From assembly GCF_029504745.1 (NCBI RefSeq), contig NZ_JAQFIQ010000007.1, positions 30,001 to 62,000 of the forward strand: 32,000 nucleotides of DNA. Direction: 5' to 3'. The notes below the pieces were generated by a model. It had not been told where the DNA came from and made no database searches. It worked only from the letters and a program-made list of their open reading frames with translations. Source of the stretch: Breznakia sp. PF5-3. Lineage in GTDB: Bacteria; Bacillota_I; Bacilli_A; Erysipelotrichales; Erysipelotrichaceae. This document shows positions 1 through 9,348 of the stretch, one piece after another. Within the stretch, counting starts at the first letter, position 1; each line of letters starts with the position of its first letter. Position numbers and translations under genes: made by a program.

Positions 1-1011
1 CAAGAACAACCGTCATCAATTACAGGACAGTATCTAAAAAATCCAGCAGTGGTAAAGACGATTACACGCTCGCCCAACCAAGGTTGGCTACACATAAAGC
101 ATGCACATCTACATAATCTTAAATATATTAATGTTGATATTCCTAAACATTGCTTAAGTAGTATTACGGGGGTATCAGGTTCAGGGAAATCTTCTTTAAT
201 CTTTGGTGTTTTACATGAACAAATGCATCAAGATATGGAAGATTATGATGAAATCATAACCATTTATCATTCCCCAATCACAAGAATGAAACGTTCAAAC
301 GTTGCAACTTATGCAGCAATCTTTACTGATTTGCGTATGCTATTTGCATCTACAAAAGAAGCTAAGGAACAAGGGTATACAAGTTCTAGTTTTTCTTTTA
401 ATACCAAAGGGGGAAGATGTGAACATTGTGAAGGTTTAGGATATGTAGAAAGCAATATGTTGTTTTTTGAAAATATCAATGTTGTTTGTCCAGTATGTAA
501 AGGAAAACAATACACGGATGAAGTATTAAATATAAAATGGAATGGTAAATCGATTCGTGATGTGTTACATATGGAAGTAAGTGATGCACTTCATTTTCTT
601 AAAGTTCATAAGAAAATAAGTGAAAGATTGCAATTGTTGGAAGATGTAGGACTTGGATATTTGAAACTTGGACAATCGCTTAATACCCTTTCAGGAGGGG
701 AAGGACAACGCTTAAAACTAGCAAGCGAGTTAATGCAAAACAAAGGAAAACAAAATCTTTATTTAATTGATGAGCCAACAACTGGACTTCACCCATTGGA
801 TGTGGAAAAATTTATTTTATTATTGAATCGAATTGTTGATTATGGAAATACAGTAATTGTAGTAGAGCATAACCAACAAATTATAAAAGCATCCGATTGG
901 ATAATTGATCTTGGACCTTATGGTGGAGAACGAGGTGGAGAGCTTATCGCTACTGGAACGCCAGAGGATATTAAGAAAAATAAGAAATCAATCACAGGAC
1001 GATATTTATAG
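1..1011 (+). CDS. UvrA-family ABC ATPase (excinuclease ABC subunit A or a paralogue), C-terminal half; the 5' end lies outside the window
   Basis: Frame 1 is open from nt 1 (QEQPSSITGQYLKNP...), so the listed GTG at 49 is internal. Motifs: Walker A GVSGSGKSS, Zn module CEHCEG..CPVCKG, ABC signature LSGGEGQR, Walker B LYLIDEPTTGLH, H-loop VVEHN. Confidence 0.85.
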   Translation, partial: QEQPSSITGQYLKNPAVVKTITRSPNQGWLHIKHAHLHNLKYINVDIPKHCLSSITGVSGSGKSSLIFGVLHEQMHQDMEDYDEIITIYHSPITRMKRSNVATYAAIFTDLRMLFASTKEAKEQGYTSSSFSFNTKGGRCEHCEGLGYVESNMLFFENINVVCPVCKGKQYTDEVLNIKWNGKSIRDVLHMEVSDALHFLKVHKKISERLQLLEDVGLGYLKLGQSLNTLSGGEGQRLKLASELMQNKGKQNLYLIDEPTTGLHPLDVEKFILLLNRIVDYGNTVIVVEHNQQIIKASDWIIDLGPYGGERGGELIATGTPEDIKKNKKSITGRYL

Positions 1012-1015
1012 ATTA

Positions 1016-1044
1016 AAGAATAGCAGAGTAGCTATTCTTTTTTA
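1016..1044 (+). terminator. Rho-independent terminator after the UvrA-family gene
   Basis: 9-bp stem aagaatagc (1016-1024) / gctattctt (1031-1039), 6-nt loop, then a T-run to 1044. Confidence 0.8.
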
Positions 1045-1120
1045 TGAAGAAGATAAGGATATCCTTTGTTAGTAAGTTGTTTGTTTAAGAAATCTCATGT
1101 AGAATATAGAAGAGGTTTTT

Positions 1121-1792
1121 ATGAAAAAGAAGATAGCTATTATGTTAGGAATCGTATTGATTATTATCCTTATTATCTTATATTTAGTATTGGATTATTT
1201 ACGAATAATTCCTCGAAAGTATTATGATGCAAAAGATTTTGATATTGTAGAAGTAATAAGTAAAAAAGATGCTGATAAAGATGGTATTGATGATTATCAT
1301 GATATTATGTTGGGAGCAAGAAAAGATGCAGAAAGCAAACCAAACTATCATTCTGCATATTATGAAGGTGGATATCCACCTGAAGACGAAGGTGTTTGTA
1401 CTGACGTTGTCTGGAGAGCTTTTCACCATGCTGGTTATGATTTAAAAGCAATGGTGGATAAAGATATCGCTGAAAATGTAAACCTTTATCCTCGTGTAGC
1501 AGGCCAGCCTGATCCAAACATTGATTTTCGCAGAGTTCCTAATCTATTGGTTTTCTTTGAGCGTAATGCGACATCATTAACTCGTGATCTTAGTAAGATA
1601 GAAGAATGGCAACCAGGTGATATTGTTATTTTTTCAGATTCTCATATTGGAATTCTTTCCGATAAAAGAAATGAAGATGGATTACCTTGGCTTATTCATA
1701 ATGCAAGCCAACCAAATCGTGAAGAAGATACATTAGTAAGATGGAGTAAAAATGAAATTAGTGGACATTATAGGTGGGATGGTGAAAAGTAA
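1121..1792 (+). CDS. DUF1287 family protein with an N-terminal membrane anchor
   Basis: N-terminal TM IAIMLGIVLIIILIILYLVL. Family-typical blocks GGYPPEDEGVCTDVVWRA, DPNIDFRRVPNL, PGDIVIF..HIGI, LIHN, GHYRW. SD-like gaagagg lies upstream. Confidence 0.8.
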   Translation: MKKKIAIMLGIVLIIILIILYLVLDYLRIIPRKYYDAKDFDIVEVISKKDADKDGIDDYHDIMLGARKDAESKPNYHSAYYEGGYPPEDEGVCTDVVWRAFHHAGYDLKAMVDKDIAENVNLYPRVAGQPDPNIDFRRVPNLLVFFERNATSLTRDLSKIEEWQPGDIVIFSDSHIGILSDKRNEDGLPWLIHNASQPNREEDTLVRWSKNEISGHYRWDGEK

Positions 1793-2247
1793 TGGATGAA
1801 ATAAATTATAGAATCGCTAAAATAGAGGATGCCAAAGATATTACATATCTAACAAATACAAGTTTGGGATATGAAATTTCTGTTGAACAAACGAAACAAC
1901 AATTACTTAAAATTTTAAATAAATCCCAATATATTGTATTGGTTGCAGAAATGGATGGACGAATTGTTGGCTATCTTCAAGGTGGTGATTATGATTGCAT
2001 ATACATGCCATCATTAAAAGATCTTGTTGCTTTGGCAATTGATAATCGATATCAACGCCGAGGAATAGGGAAAAAACTAATTGAAGAATTTGAAACATGG
2101 GCTAGTAAAGATGGAGCGATAGGAATTCAACTTGTATCTAATGTGAAGCGAAAAGAAGCCCATAAATTTTATCAGGCTTGTGGATATCATGAACGCAAAG
2201 AACAAAAGAATTTTATAAAATATTTTGATAATGGTGAAATGCTATGA
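1792..2247 (+). CDS. GNAT family N-acetyltransferase
   Basis: 151 aa. Acetyl-CoA binding motif QRRGIGKKLIEE after a beta-strand LVALAID. The ATG overlaps the upstream stop (taATGg). Confidence 0.8.
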   Translation: MDEINYRIAKIEDAKDITYLTNTSLGYEISVEQTKQQLLKILNKSQYIVLVAEMDGRIVGYLQGGDYDCIYMPSLKDLVALAIDNRYQRRGIGKKLIEEFETWASKDGAIGIQLVSNVKRKEAHKFYQACGYHERKEQKNFIKYFDNGEML

Positions 2248-3332
2248 TTTTATACTATATTACCCTTGCTTGTTTTATTGTCTTCTTAATTTCATATATT
2301 CATGATCGTAGGAAAATAATAAATGGCTTTCTATTTAATATTTTTTTATTTAGTGGGTTTTTATCAATTATTTATGTAACTGGGACAACACGAAATAATG
2401 CACTGTTCATGTTTGCATCGATTGTTTCAATTCTGCTCTTTTTTCTTATGGCATTCGGTGTTTTTATAGTTATTATCGTGTCTTTTGTAAATGGTATTAT
2501 TTTGATGCGAAGAGAAGGCAGAAGCTTATCCAATATGTTGACGTTGTTTCTTAGTATTGGACTCATCTTGTTATTGGTGTTATCGTATTATAATTTAAAC
2601 CATGCAACACCACCATATATTTTGAGTTATATTCTTGTATGTCTATATGTTGTTATCTTTTATCTTGCTTTTATATTCTTCAATTTTATTATGTCATCTA
2701 TGATTTATAAGATTTATCGTCCACGCTTAAATATTGATTATATTATTGTTTTGGGAAGTGGGTTATTAGAAGGATATCGAGTATCCCCATTGTTAGCTCG
2801 TCGAATTGATCGAGGCTTGGATATTTATCATCGTCAGATGAAAAAGAAAAGAAAAAAGAAAACACCAAAAATTATCATGTCAGGAGGCCAGGGAGCAGAT
2901 GAATTACTTCCTGAAGCAAAAGCGATGTATACATATGCTTTACAAAAAGGAATTCCTGAAAGTGATTTAATCATAGAAGATAACTCTAAAAACACGATGG
3001 AAAACATGTTGTTTTCAAAAGATATTATTCTTTCACAGATGGATGGTAAAAAGTATAAAGCAATCTTTTCAACTAGTAATTATCATGTATTACGGTCTGG
3101 AATCGATGCTCGAAAAGCAGGGTTAAAAGCACAAGGGGTAGGTTCAAAGACACCATTCTATTTTTGGTATAATGCGATTATTCGAGAATATATAGCAATT
3201 TTAGTGATGTATAAAAAATGGCACCTTTTCACAATCGTTATTTTAATTTTACTAACTTGTTTATGTGTGTATATGTTGTATAATCCAATACAGTTTTATG
3301 AGATTATTGAAACGATTCAAAAACTATTGTAA
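2244..3332 (+). CDS. Polytopic membrane protein with a C-terminal DUF218 (YdcF/SanA/ElyC-like) domain
   Basis: About 5-6 N-terminal TM helices. DUF218-like core follows: IIVLGSGL..., SGGQGADE..EA, NTMENM, STSNYHVLRS. A 4-nt overlap (ATGA) with the GNAT gene. Confidence 0.75.
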   Translation: MILYYITLACFIVFLISYIHDRRKIINGFLFNIFLFSGFLSIIYVTGTTRNNALFMFASIVSILLFFLMAFGVFIVIIVSFVNGIILMRREGRSLSNMLTLFLSIGLILLLVLSYYNLNHATPPYILSYILVCLYVVIFYLAFIFFNFIMSSMIYKIYRPRLNIDYIIVLGSGLLEGYRVSPLLARRIDRGLDIYHRQMKKKRKKKTPKIIMSGGQGADELLPEAKAMYTYALQKGIPESDLIIEDNSKNTMENMLFSKDIILSQMDGKKYKAIFSTSNYHVLRSGIDARKAGLKAQGVGSKTPFYFWYNAIIREYIAILVMYKKWHLFTIVILILLTCLCVYMLYNPIQFYEIIETIQKLL

Positions 3333-3360
3333 AGACGATTTATTTCGTCTTTTTCTTTAT
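3331..3360 (+). terminator. Rho-independent terminator
   Basis: Stem aaagacga (3331-3338) / tcgtcttt (3345-3352), 6-nt loop, followed by a T-rich tail ttctttattt. Confidence 0.75.
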
Positions 3361-3405
3361 TTGTAATATAATAGAAAGTAATAAAGAGTAATACAGGAGG
3401 CATGT

Positions 3406-4170
3406 ATGTTTGTAGAAGAGCGTCATCAGTATATTGTAGAGATGGTAAATCTAAATGGAAATGTTAGAGTGAAGGAATTAAGTGAAAAATTCAATGTAAC
3501 AGAAGACTGTATTCGTAAGGATTTAGCCGTGCTTGAGAAAAAAGGGTTTTTAAAAAGAGCATATGGTGGAGCGGTTACCGTGAGAGAAAATGTACATAAG
3601 CGAAAAAGTAGTGAACGTCGCAAATCATTGCATATTGAAGAACGTAGGGAAATCGCCAAAAAGGCTGTAAAGCTTTTACGTAAACATGATTTTGTTTACT
3701 TGGATGTATCAACAACGAGTATTGAAATTGCACAGCAACTCGCTCATGCCGATATTTCTTTGAGCGTTTTAACCAATATGATTGAAGTACTGAATGTATT
3801 AAAAGATGCAAAGCATATACAATTGATTTTTTTAGGTGGAACAATCAATGAGGAAAGAGATGCTTTTTGGGGAAGTATGAGTAAAAATATTCTTTCTTCA
3901 TTCCGTGTAGATATCGCCTTTTTAGGTGTTGTAGGAGTTAATCCGTATGATGGGAAGGTATCTACATATGTGGTTGAAGATGGATATATGAAACAAGAAG
4001 TTTTGGCTGTTAGTAAGAACACGTATTTGCTTTGTGAGAGCAACAAATTCAAGACCGATGGAAATTATGTATATGCATCATTAAATGATGTAAAGGGAAT
4101 GATAGTAGGAATGGCTTTAGATAAGCAAATCAAAGATAATGTAAAAGAATACAATTTAGAAATTGTATAG
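3406..4170 (+). CDS. DeoR/GlpR family transcriptional regulator
   Basis: N-terminal wHTH (RHQYIVEMV..VRVKELSEKFNVTEDCIRKDLAVLEKKGFLKRAYGGA) plus a C-terminal DeoR sugar-phosphate sensor-like domain, 254 aa. Strong SD acaggagg. Confidence 0.85.
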   Translation: MFVEERHQYIVEMVNLNGNVRVKELSEKFNVTEDCIRKDLAVLEKKGFLKRAYGGAVTVRENVHKRKSSERRKSLHIEERREIAKKAVKLLRKHDFVYLDVSTTSIEIAQQLAHADISLSVLTNMIEVLNVLKDAKHIQLIFLGGTINEERDAFWGSMSKNILSSFRVDIAFLGVVGVNPYDGKVSTYVVEDGYMKQEVLAVSKNTYLLCESNKFKTDGNYVYASLNDVKGMIVGMALDKQIKDNVKEYNLEIV

Positions 4171-4178
4171 GAGGAAAT

Positions 4179-4661
4179 ATGGATAAGATAGCAAGTTTTA
4201 CAGTAGATCACTTACGATTAAAGAAAGGGCTTTATGTATCAAGAAAGGATTATTTAGCTTCTGATACACTAACAACTTTTGATATTCGAATGTGTGAACC
4301 AAACAAAGAACCAGTATTGAATACAGCGGAGTTACATGCGATTGAGCATTTAGGAGCAACCTTTTTAAGGAACCACAAAGAATATAACGAAAAAACAGTT
4401 TATTTTGGTCCTATGGGATGTCGAACAGGCTTTTATGTAATCTTTAAGGGAGATTTAAAAGCAGAAGATATTGTAGATGTTATGAAAGAAATGTTTGCTT
4501 TTATAAAAGATTATGAAGGTGAGATACCAGGAGCAGATCCAAAATCTTGTGGTAATTATTTGGATTTAAATCTGCCAATGGCAAAGTATGTCGCAAATAA
4601 ATTTTATACAGAAACACTATTAAACTTACATGAAGAAAATTTAAGATATCCTGAAGAATGA
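4179..4661 (+). CDS. luxS: S-ribosylhomocysteine lyase (AI-2 synthase)
   Basis: 160 aa. Metal-binding HAIEHL (HxxEH) and GCRTGFY motifs, with N-terminal SFTVDH. SD aggagg 8 nt upstream. Confidence 0.92.
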   Translation: MDKIASFTVDHLRLKKGLYVSRKDYLASDTLTTFDIRMCEPNKEPVLNTAELHAIEHLGATFLRNHKEYNEKTVYFGPMGCRTGFYVIFKGDLKAEDIVDVMKEMFAFIKDYEGEIPGADPKSCGNYLDLNLPMAKYVANKFYTETLLNLHEENLRYPEE

Positions 4662-4716
4662 AGTTTATATTAACTCAATTCTTGCATTGCATTTGTAAGG
4701 ATTGTAAAATATGTAT

Positions 4717-4831
4717 GAATCTGTAAAGATAAAAACACGATCCGGCTGGTAGTCCGGATGCAGTCTAACTGTCAGTAACCTGCCTCCTTGGTTGTCCATT
4801 CTTTGCTTTGAAACAACAAGGAGGTTTTATT
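4717..4831 (+). promoter_or_regulatory. Probable yjdF-class riboswitch / structured 5' leader with an SD-sequestering helix
   Basis: Sits directly upstream of a YjdF (DUF2992) gene, which is the canonical genomic context of the yjdF RNA motif. Candidate promoter TTGCAT (4682-4687)-N17-TAAAAT (4705-4710). Hairpin atccgg..ccggat (~4740-4760). CCTCCTTGGTTGT (~4783-4795) is complementary to ACAACAAGGAGG (~4814-4825), which contains the SD. Confidence 0.5.
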
Positions 4832-5248
4832 ATGCAAAGAATTCAAAGCAAGTTGACTGTATTTTATGAAGGTCCTTTTTGGGTTGGTGTTTATGAACGA
4901 ATTGTAGATGGTGAAATGGAAGTTTGTAAGATTACCTTCGGAAGTGAACCAAAAGATTATGAAGTTTACGCTTTCCTATTACAGAACTGGCATCAACTAA
5001 GATTTAAGAAACATGTTCAAACAAATGAAAAACCAAAACAGGTAAGTCCTAAGCGAATGCAACGGATGATTACAAAACAACTTCGTGAAAGAGGTGTGGG
5101 TACAAAGTCGCAACAAGCGATAAAACAACAACAAGAAGAAGGTAAAGAGGAAAGAAAAAAACAAACAAAATTACAACGAGAACAAGCAAAAAGACAACGC
5201 TTTCTTTTGAAACAAGCAAAGAAGAAGCAAAAACATCGAGGACATTGA
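4832..5248 (+). CDS. yjdF: YjdF family protein (DUF2992)
   Basis: MQRIQSKLTVFYEGPFWVGVYERI..KITFGSEP N-terminus and a Lys/Gln-rich basic tail ending KKKQKHRGH, as in B. subtilis YjdF. Start moved from the listed TTG (4808) to the ATG 7 nt after AAGGAGG. Confidence 0.8.
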   Translation: MQRIQSKLTVFYEGPFWVGVYERIVDGEMEVCKITFGSEPKDYEVYAFLLQNWHQLRFKKHVQTNEKPKQVSPKRMQRMITKQLRERGVGTKSQQAIKQQQEEGKEERKKQTKLQREQAKRQRFLLKQAKKKQKHRGH

Positions 5249-5271
5249 TTTTAATCAATGTTCTTTTATTT
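5243..5271 (+). terminator. Weak AT-rich terminator-like hairpin after yjdF
   Basis: cattgat (5243-5249) / atcaatg (5254-5260), 4-nt loop, then ttcttttattt. The stem overlaps the stop codon and stability is low. Confidence 0.4.
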
Positions 5272-5331
5272 AATCGTATGACATTTTGAATACCTTTATA
5301 GTATAATAAATCTATAAGTGAGGTGTTATCA

Positions 5332-6504
5332 ATGAATAACTTTACATATTATGTACCAGTGAGAATTCATTTTGGAAAAGGTGAAATATCGAAGTTACAT
5401 GATGAAATTACAAGTATAGGAAAAAATGTATTGTTGGTTTATGGTGGAGGTAGTATTAAACGGATTGGGGTATACGATCAAGTCATAGAACAATTGAAAG
5501 ACTGTAATGTTTTTGAATTGGGTGGTGTAGATCCAAACCCCCGTTTAAAAAGTGTTGAAGATGGGGCGCTAATCTGTAAAGAAAATCATATTGATGTGGT
5601 TTTAGCTGTTGGTGGAGGAAGTAGTATTGATTGTGCAAAAGCAATCTGTGCTGCTGCTTACTATGATGGAAATCCATGGGACTTCATCGTTGATTCTAGT
5701 TTAATTAAGAAGGCTTTACCACTTGTAAGTGTTTTGACATTAAGTGCTACAGGTTCAGAGATGGACAATACAGCAGTTATAACCAATCCACAAACAAAGG
5801 ATAAACGAGGATTTGGAAGTCGTCATCTATTTCCAAAAGTGAGTATTTTAGATCCAACGTATACGTATAGTGTGTCAAAATATCAAACAGCATCAGGTGT
5901 TGCAGATATTATGTCACATACATTTGAAACTTATTTTAATGATACGAAAGATGCTTATCTTTCAAATGAAATAGCAATTAGCATTTTAAAAACTTGTATC
6001 AAATATGGAAAAGTGGTATATGATGAACCAGATAATTATGAAGCACGGGCAAATTTGATGTGGGCTTCATCATTAGCAATCAATGGTTTGATTTCATGTG
6101 GTTGTGGAAAAAGTTGGAGTTGTCATCCAATGGAACATGTATTAAGTGCATATTATGATGTAACCCATGGAGCAGGATTAGCGATGCTAACACCAAAATG
6201 GATGACGTATATTTTGGATGATAGTACAGTTGATAAGTTTGCTGAATATGGAATTGAAGTATGGGGAATTGATGCCTCATTACCACCGATGGAGATTGCG
6301 AAAACAGCAATAGCAAATACAGAAGCATTTTTCCATTCGCTTGATCTTCCAAGTACATTTGAAGAGATTGGCATTCCAGATACTTCTACACTAGAGGAAA
6401 TGGCACAGATGGCTGTGGATTCAAAAGGTGGAACAATTAAGGGGTATCGCAAATTAGAATTCCAAGATGTTGTAAATATTTATCACATGTGTCAAGGGAA
6501 GTAG
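5332..6504 (+). CDS. Iron-containing (group III) alcohol dehydrogenase, butanol dehydrogenase/YqhD-like
   Basis: GGGSSIDCAKAI nucleotide-binding motif, metal-binding His cluster (H..FETY; CHPMEH; THGAG), ~390 aa. Start set at ATG 5332 (MNNFTYY) after gtgagg. Confidence 0.88.
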   Translation: MNNFTYYVPVRIHFGKGEISKLHDEITSIGKNVLLVYGGGSIKRIGVYDQVIEQLKDCNVFELGGVDPNPRLKSVEDGALICKENHIDVVLAVGGGSSIDCAKAICAAAYYDGNPWDFIVDSSLIKKALPLVSVLTLSATGSEMDNTAVITNPQTKDKRGFGSRHLFPKVSILDPTYTYSVSKYQTASGVADIMSHTFETYFNDTKDAYLSNEIAISILKTCIKYGKVVYDEPDNYEARANLMWASSLAINGLISCGCGKSWSCHPMEHVLSAYYDVTHGAGLAMLTPKWMTYILDDSTVDKFAEYGIEVWGIDASLPPMEIAKTAIANTEAFFHSLDLPSTFEEIGIPDTSTLEEMAQMAVDSKGGTIKGYRKLEFQDVVNIYHMCQGK

Positions 6505-6561
6505 ATTAACTACTTTCCTTTTCTTATGGACGAATACGAATAAGCCTTTTATAATAATACT

Positions 6562-7089
6562 ATGAAAAAAGTTACAGAACAGGCTCAAGAGCTGTTATTA
6601 AGATCCAAAAATAAACAAATAGCGATTGATTTTACTTGTGGCAATGGAAACGATACATTCTTTTTGGCAAGTGCTTTTAAGGAAGTGCATGCTTTTGATA
6701 TTCAAGAAATGGCGATTAAAAACACCCAAGAATTATGTGCACAATTTACAAATGTAAATCTTCATTTGACATCACATAGCAACTTTGATAATTATGTAGA
6801 AACCTTTGATGCAGGTATTTTCAATCTTGGATATTTACCTCATGGAGATGAAAAGATTACAACGGATGCAATGGTTGTAATTGATACATTAGAGAAATGT
6901 TGGAAGCATCTTACAGATGGTGGCAGGATTGTATTAGTTTTATACCCAGGATTTAAATATGGTAAAAAAGAAGCAGAAATAATCGAAAAATATTGTCAAT
7001 CATTAGCAAGTAAACACTTTGATATATTGAAGGTACAGTTGTTGAACCGAAACCACGCTCCCTATATTCTTTGTATTGAAAAAAAATAA
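6562..7089 (+). CDS. Class I SAM-dependent methyltransferase, YtqB/MnmM-like (putative tRNA/rRNA methylase family)
   Basis: DFTCGNGNDTFFLA SAM-binding motif, AFDIQE, FNLGYLPHGD, C-terminal APYILCIEKK, 175 aa. No SD. TATAAT (6550-6555) lies 6 nt before the ATG. Confidence 0.75.
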   Translation: MKKVTEQAQELLLRSKNKQIAIDFTCGNGNDTFFLASAFKEVHAFDIQEMAIKNTQELCAQFTNVNLHLTSHSNFDNYVETFDAGIFNLGYLPHGDEKITTDAMVVIDTLEKCWKHLTDGGRIVLVLYPGFKYGKKEAEIIEKYCQSLASKHFDILKVQLLNRNHAPYILCIEKK

Positions 7090-7140
7090 AGCAATGAAAC
7101 TTTTTTACCATTGGTTTCGTTTCATAAGTAGAGGTAACTT

Positions 7141-7923
7141 ATGAAACATATAAAAGCAATTATATTGGGTATCCTTATCGTTTCCTTAATGGGATGTAAT
7201 TTCACAAACTCAACAAAACCATCGACGATAAGTAAGGAATCAACAGTTCACTATTACCCCAAAACATACGATATTGAACTAGCCAAAGAAAAGGGATTAA
7301 TCAGTGAGGATTTGGATACGTTGAGTGAGTATTATCTAGAAGTACAAGGCTTATATCGAATTGTGTTAGAGGATAAGTTAAAAAGAGAACTAGACTTGGG
7401 AAATTTTGAAAAGAAACTGGAAGAACTAGATACGTATTTTCAACCGTATCTTGGCAAGGTTGATAAATATGAAGGATATCAACAATTTACAACGATGGAT
7501 TTGCCATATTTGTTTTTACGTAATAATCTTCATATTGAAAATTTAAGCGATGAAGATTTGGAATTGCTTATTCAAAAATTAACCATAGAAGATCCAATTC
7601 ATGATAAAGACTTGGTAGCTTTAGTAGATCGAACGTTTCTTTCGGTATTACAAGTAAACCAATATGGTGATAAACCAACGGATAAGGATACAAGTATTTT
7701 CTATAATACACATTGGAGTTCTTGCTGTGCACTTGAACCAGAATTGGAAGTAAAAAGAGATACAATTGTTATTGAGGTTCGAGTGGATATGCAATACGAT
7801 GAGAACGGTAATGTTTTAGATGGATACAGCGAAGCTGCTAAACAGCTTGAAAAAACGATAGCAGAATTTAAAAAGCAAGCGAATAAACAATACACTGTAG
7901 ATGTGCTTTATTATTGGGACTAG
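7141..7923 (+). CDS. Lipoprotein of unknown function
   Basis: Signal peptide with lipobox LMGC (MKHIKAIILGILIVSLMGC). SD agaggt. I recognise no family. Confidence 0.65.
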   Translation: MKHIKAIILGILIVSLMGCNFTNSTKPSTISKESTVHYYPKTYDIELAKEKGLISEDLDTLSEYYLEVQGLYRIVLEDKLKRELDLGNFEKKLEELDTYFQPYLGKVDKYEGYQQFTTMDLPYLFLRNNLHIENLSDEDLELLIQKLTIEDPIHDKDLVALVDRTFLSVLQVNQYGDKPTDKDTSIFYNTHWSSCCALEPELEVKRDTIVIEVRVDMQYDENGNVLDGYSEAAKQLEKTIAEFKKQANKQYTVDVLYYWD

Positions 7924-7978
7924 TGTTATTTCATTATATGAAATTGTTTTTAATAGAAATAAGCGTATAATTTAAAGT

Positions 7979-9322
7979 ATGACAAAAAAAGCAAAGATGT
8001 TTAATGAGCAACAACTAAAAAGACTGATTCTACCTTTGATTGTAGAACAGTTTTTAGCGATTTCTGCCGGAATCATCGATACAATTATGGTTTCCTCTAT
8101 TGGTGAGAGTGCAGTAAGTGGTTTATCTTTAGTCGATAGTATTAATATTTTATTGATTAATATTTTTGCGGCTTTAGCAAGTGGTGGAGCTGTTGTAGCA
8201 AGTCAGTTTTTAGGAAAAAACAATCGTGAAAAAGCAAAAGATACGTGCAAACAACTTGTATATGCAGTATCTTTTATTGCTATAATCATCATGATTTTAT
8301 GCTTAGTATTTAGAACAAATATTTTATTAGCAATTTTTGGTAATGTGAATGCAGATATCATGGATTATGCAATTACATACTTTATTCTTTCAGCTCTTTC
8401 CTACCCATTCATTGCCCTTTATAATAGTGGGGCTGCTATCTTTAGATCAATGGGAAATTCTAAGATGCCGATGCAGATATCACTTTTGATGAGTATTGTA
8501 AATATCATTGGAAATAGTATTTTTATTTTTGTTTTTCATATGGGAGTTGTAGGAGCTGGGTTAGCAACCTTATTTTCAAGAATTTTGGGAGCAGTGATTA
8601 TTTTATACCGATTAAGAAATCCAGAATTACAAATCTATATTGAAAAATATCATAAGTTTCATTTTGATTTTTCAATTATTAAGAAAATCTTACAAATTGG
8701 AATTCCAAGTGGTTTTGAGAATGGAATATTTCAAGCTGGGAAAATAGTTGTACAGAGTCTTATCTCAACCTTTGGAGCAGCGTCCATTGCTGCAAATGCA
8801 GTAATTGTAAACTTTAGTTCCTTTATGATTATTCCTGGTGCTGCCATGGGTTTAGCCATGATTACAGTGGTTGGGCAATGTGTTGGGGCAAATGAATATG
8901 AACAAGCCAAATATTACATTCGAAAACTTATGAAGTATGCGTATCTTTCAGTCTTTATTACAACCCTTTGTATATTGTTGTTGAAAGGACAATTATATCA
9001 TCTGTATTCTTTGAGTGACAAGACGATGTCGATTGCCAATGAATTGATTCTTATTTGTGCTATTGGAAATGTCTTGTTTTGGCCAATGGCATTTACGTTC
9101 CCTAACAGTTTGCGAGCAAGCAATGATGCAACTTATTCCATGATTATTTCCATCATATCAATGTTTTTATTCCGGGTTGGGTTGTCTTACGTATTGGCAT
9201 ATCAATTTGATATGCAAGTAGATGCAGTATATTATGCGATGTTAGTGGATTGGGTATTCCGTGGTACATGCTTTTTCTTACGCTATAAAAGTGGCCGATG
9301 GATGTATCGAAAATTAGTTTGA
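7979..9322 (+). CDS. MATE family efflux transporter
   Basis: 447 aa, ~12 TM helices. MATE-typical N-terminus (LLPLIVEQFL..IDTIMVS) and internal duplication. No SD. TATAAT (7966-7971) lies 7 nt before the ATG. Confidence 0.85.
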   Translation: MTKKAKMFNEQQLKRLILPLIVEQFLAISAGIIDTIMVSSIGESAVSGLSLVDSINILLINIFAALASGGAVVASQFLGKNNREKAKDTCKQLVYAVSFIAIIIMILCLVFRTNILLAIFGNVNADIMDYAITYFILSALSYPFIALYNSGAAIFRSMGNSKMPMQISLLMSIVNIIGNSIFIFVFHMGVVGAGLATLFSRILGAVIILYRLRNPELQIYIEKYHKFHFDFSIIKKILQIGIPSGFENGIFQAGKIVVQSLISTFGAASIAANAVIVNFSSFMIIPGAAMGLAMITVVGQCVGANEYEQAKYYIRKLMKYAYLSVFITTLCILLLKGQLYHLYSLSDKTMSIANELILICAIGNVLFWPMAFTFPNSLRASNDATYSMIISIISMFLFRVGLSYVLAYQFDMQVDAVYYAMLVDWVFRGTCFFLRYKSGRWMYRKLV

Positions 9323-9348
9323 TGTGATACTATAGAAATGGTGAATTT

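Noticed and set aside
1-1011. Calling the first gene uvrA proper.
   Set aside because: Only the C-terminal half is visible. The segment between Walker A and the Zn module looks shorter than in the canonical UvrA I recall, and no uvrB is adjacent. It could be a UvrA paralogue, so no gene symbol is assigned.
7094-7960. Possible terminators after the methyltransferase gene (atgaaac..gtttcat, ~7094-7126) and after the lipoprotein gene (atttcat tat atgaaat, ~7929-7945).
   Set aside because: The stems are only 7 bp and purely AT-rich, with a large loop or a poor U-tract. This is too weak to call as features.
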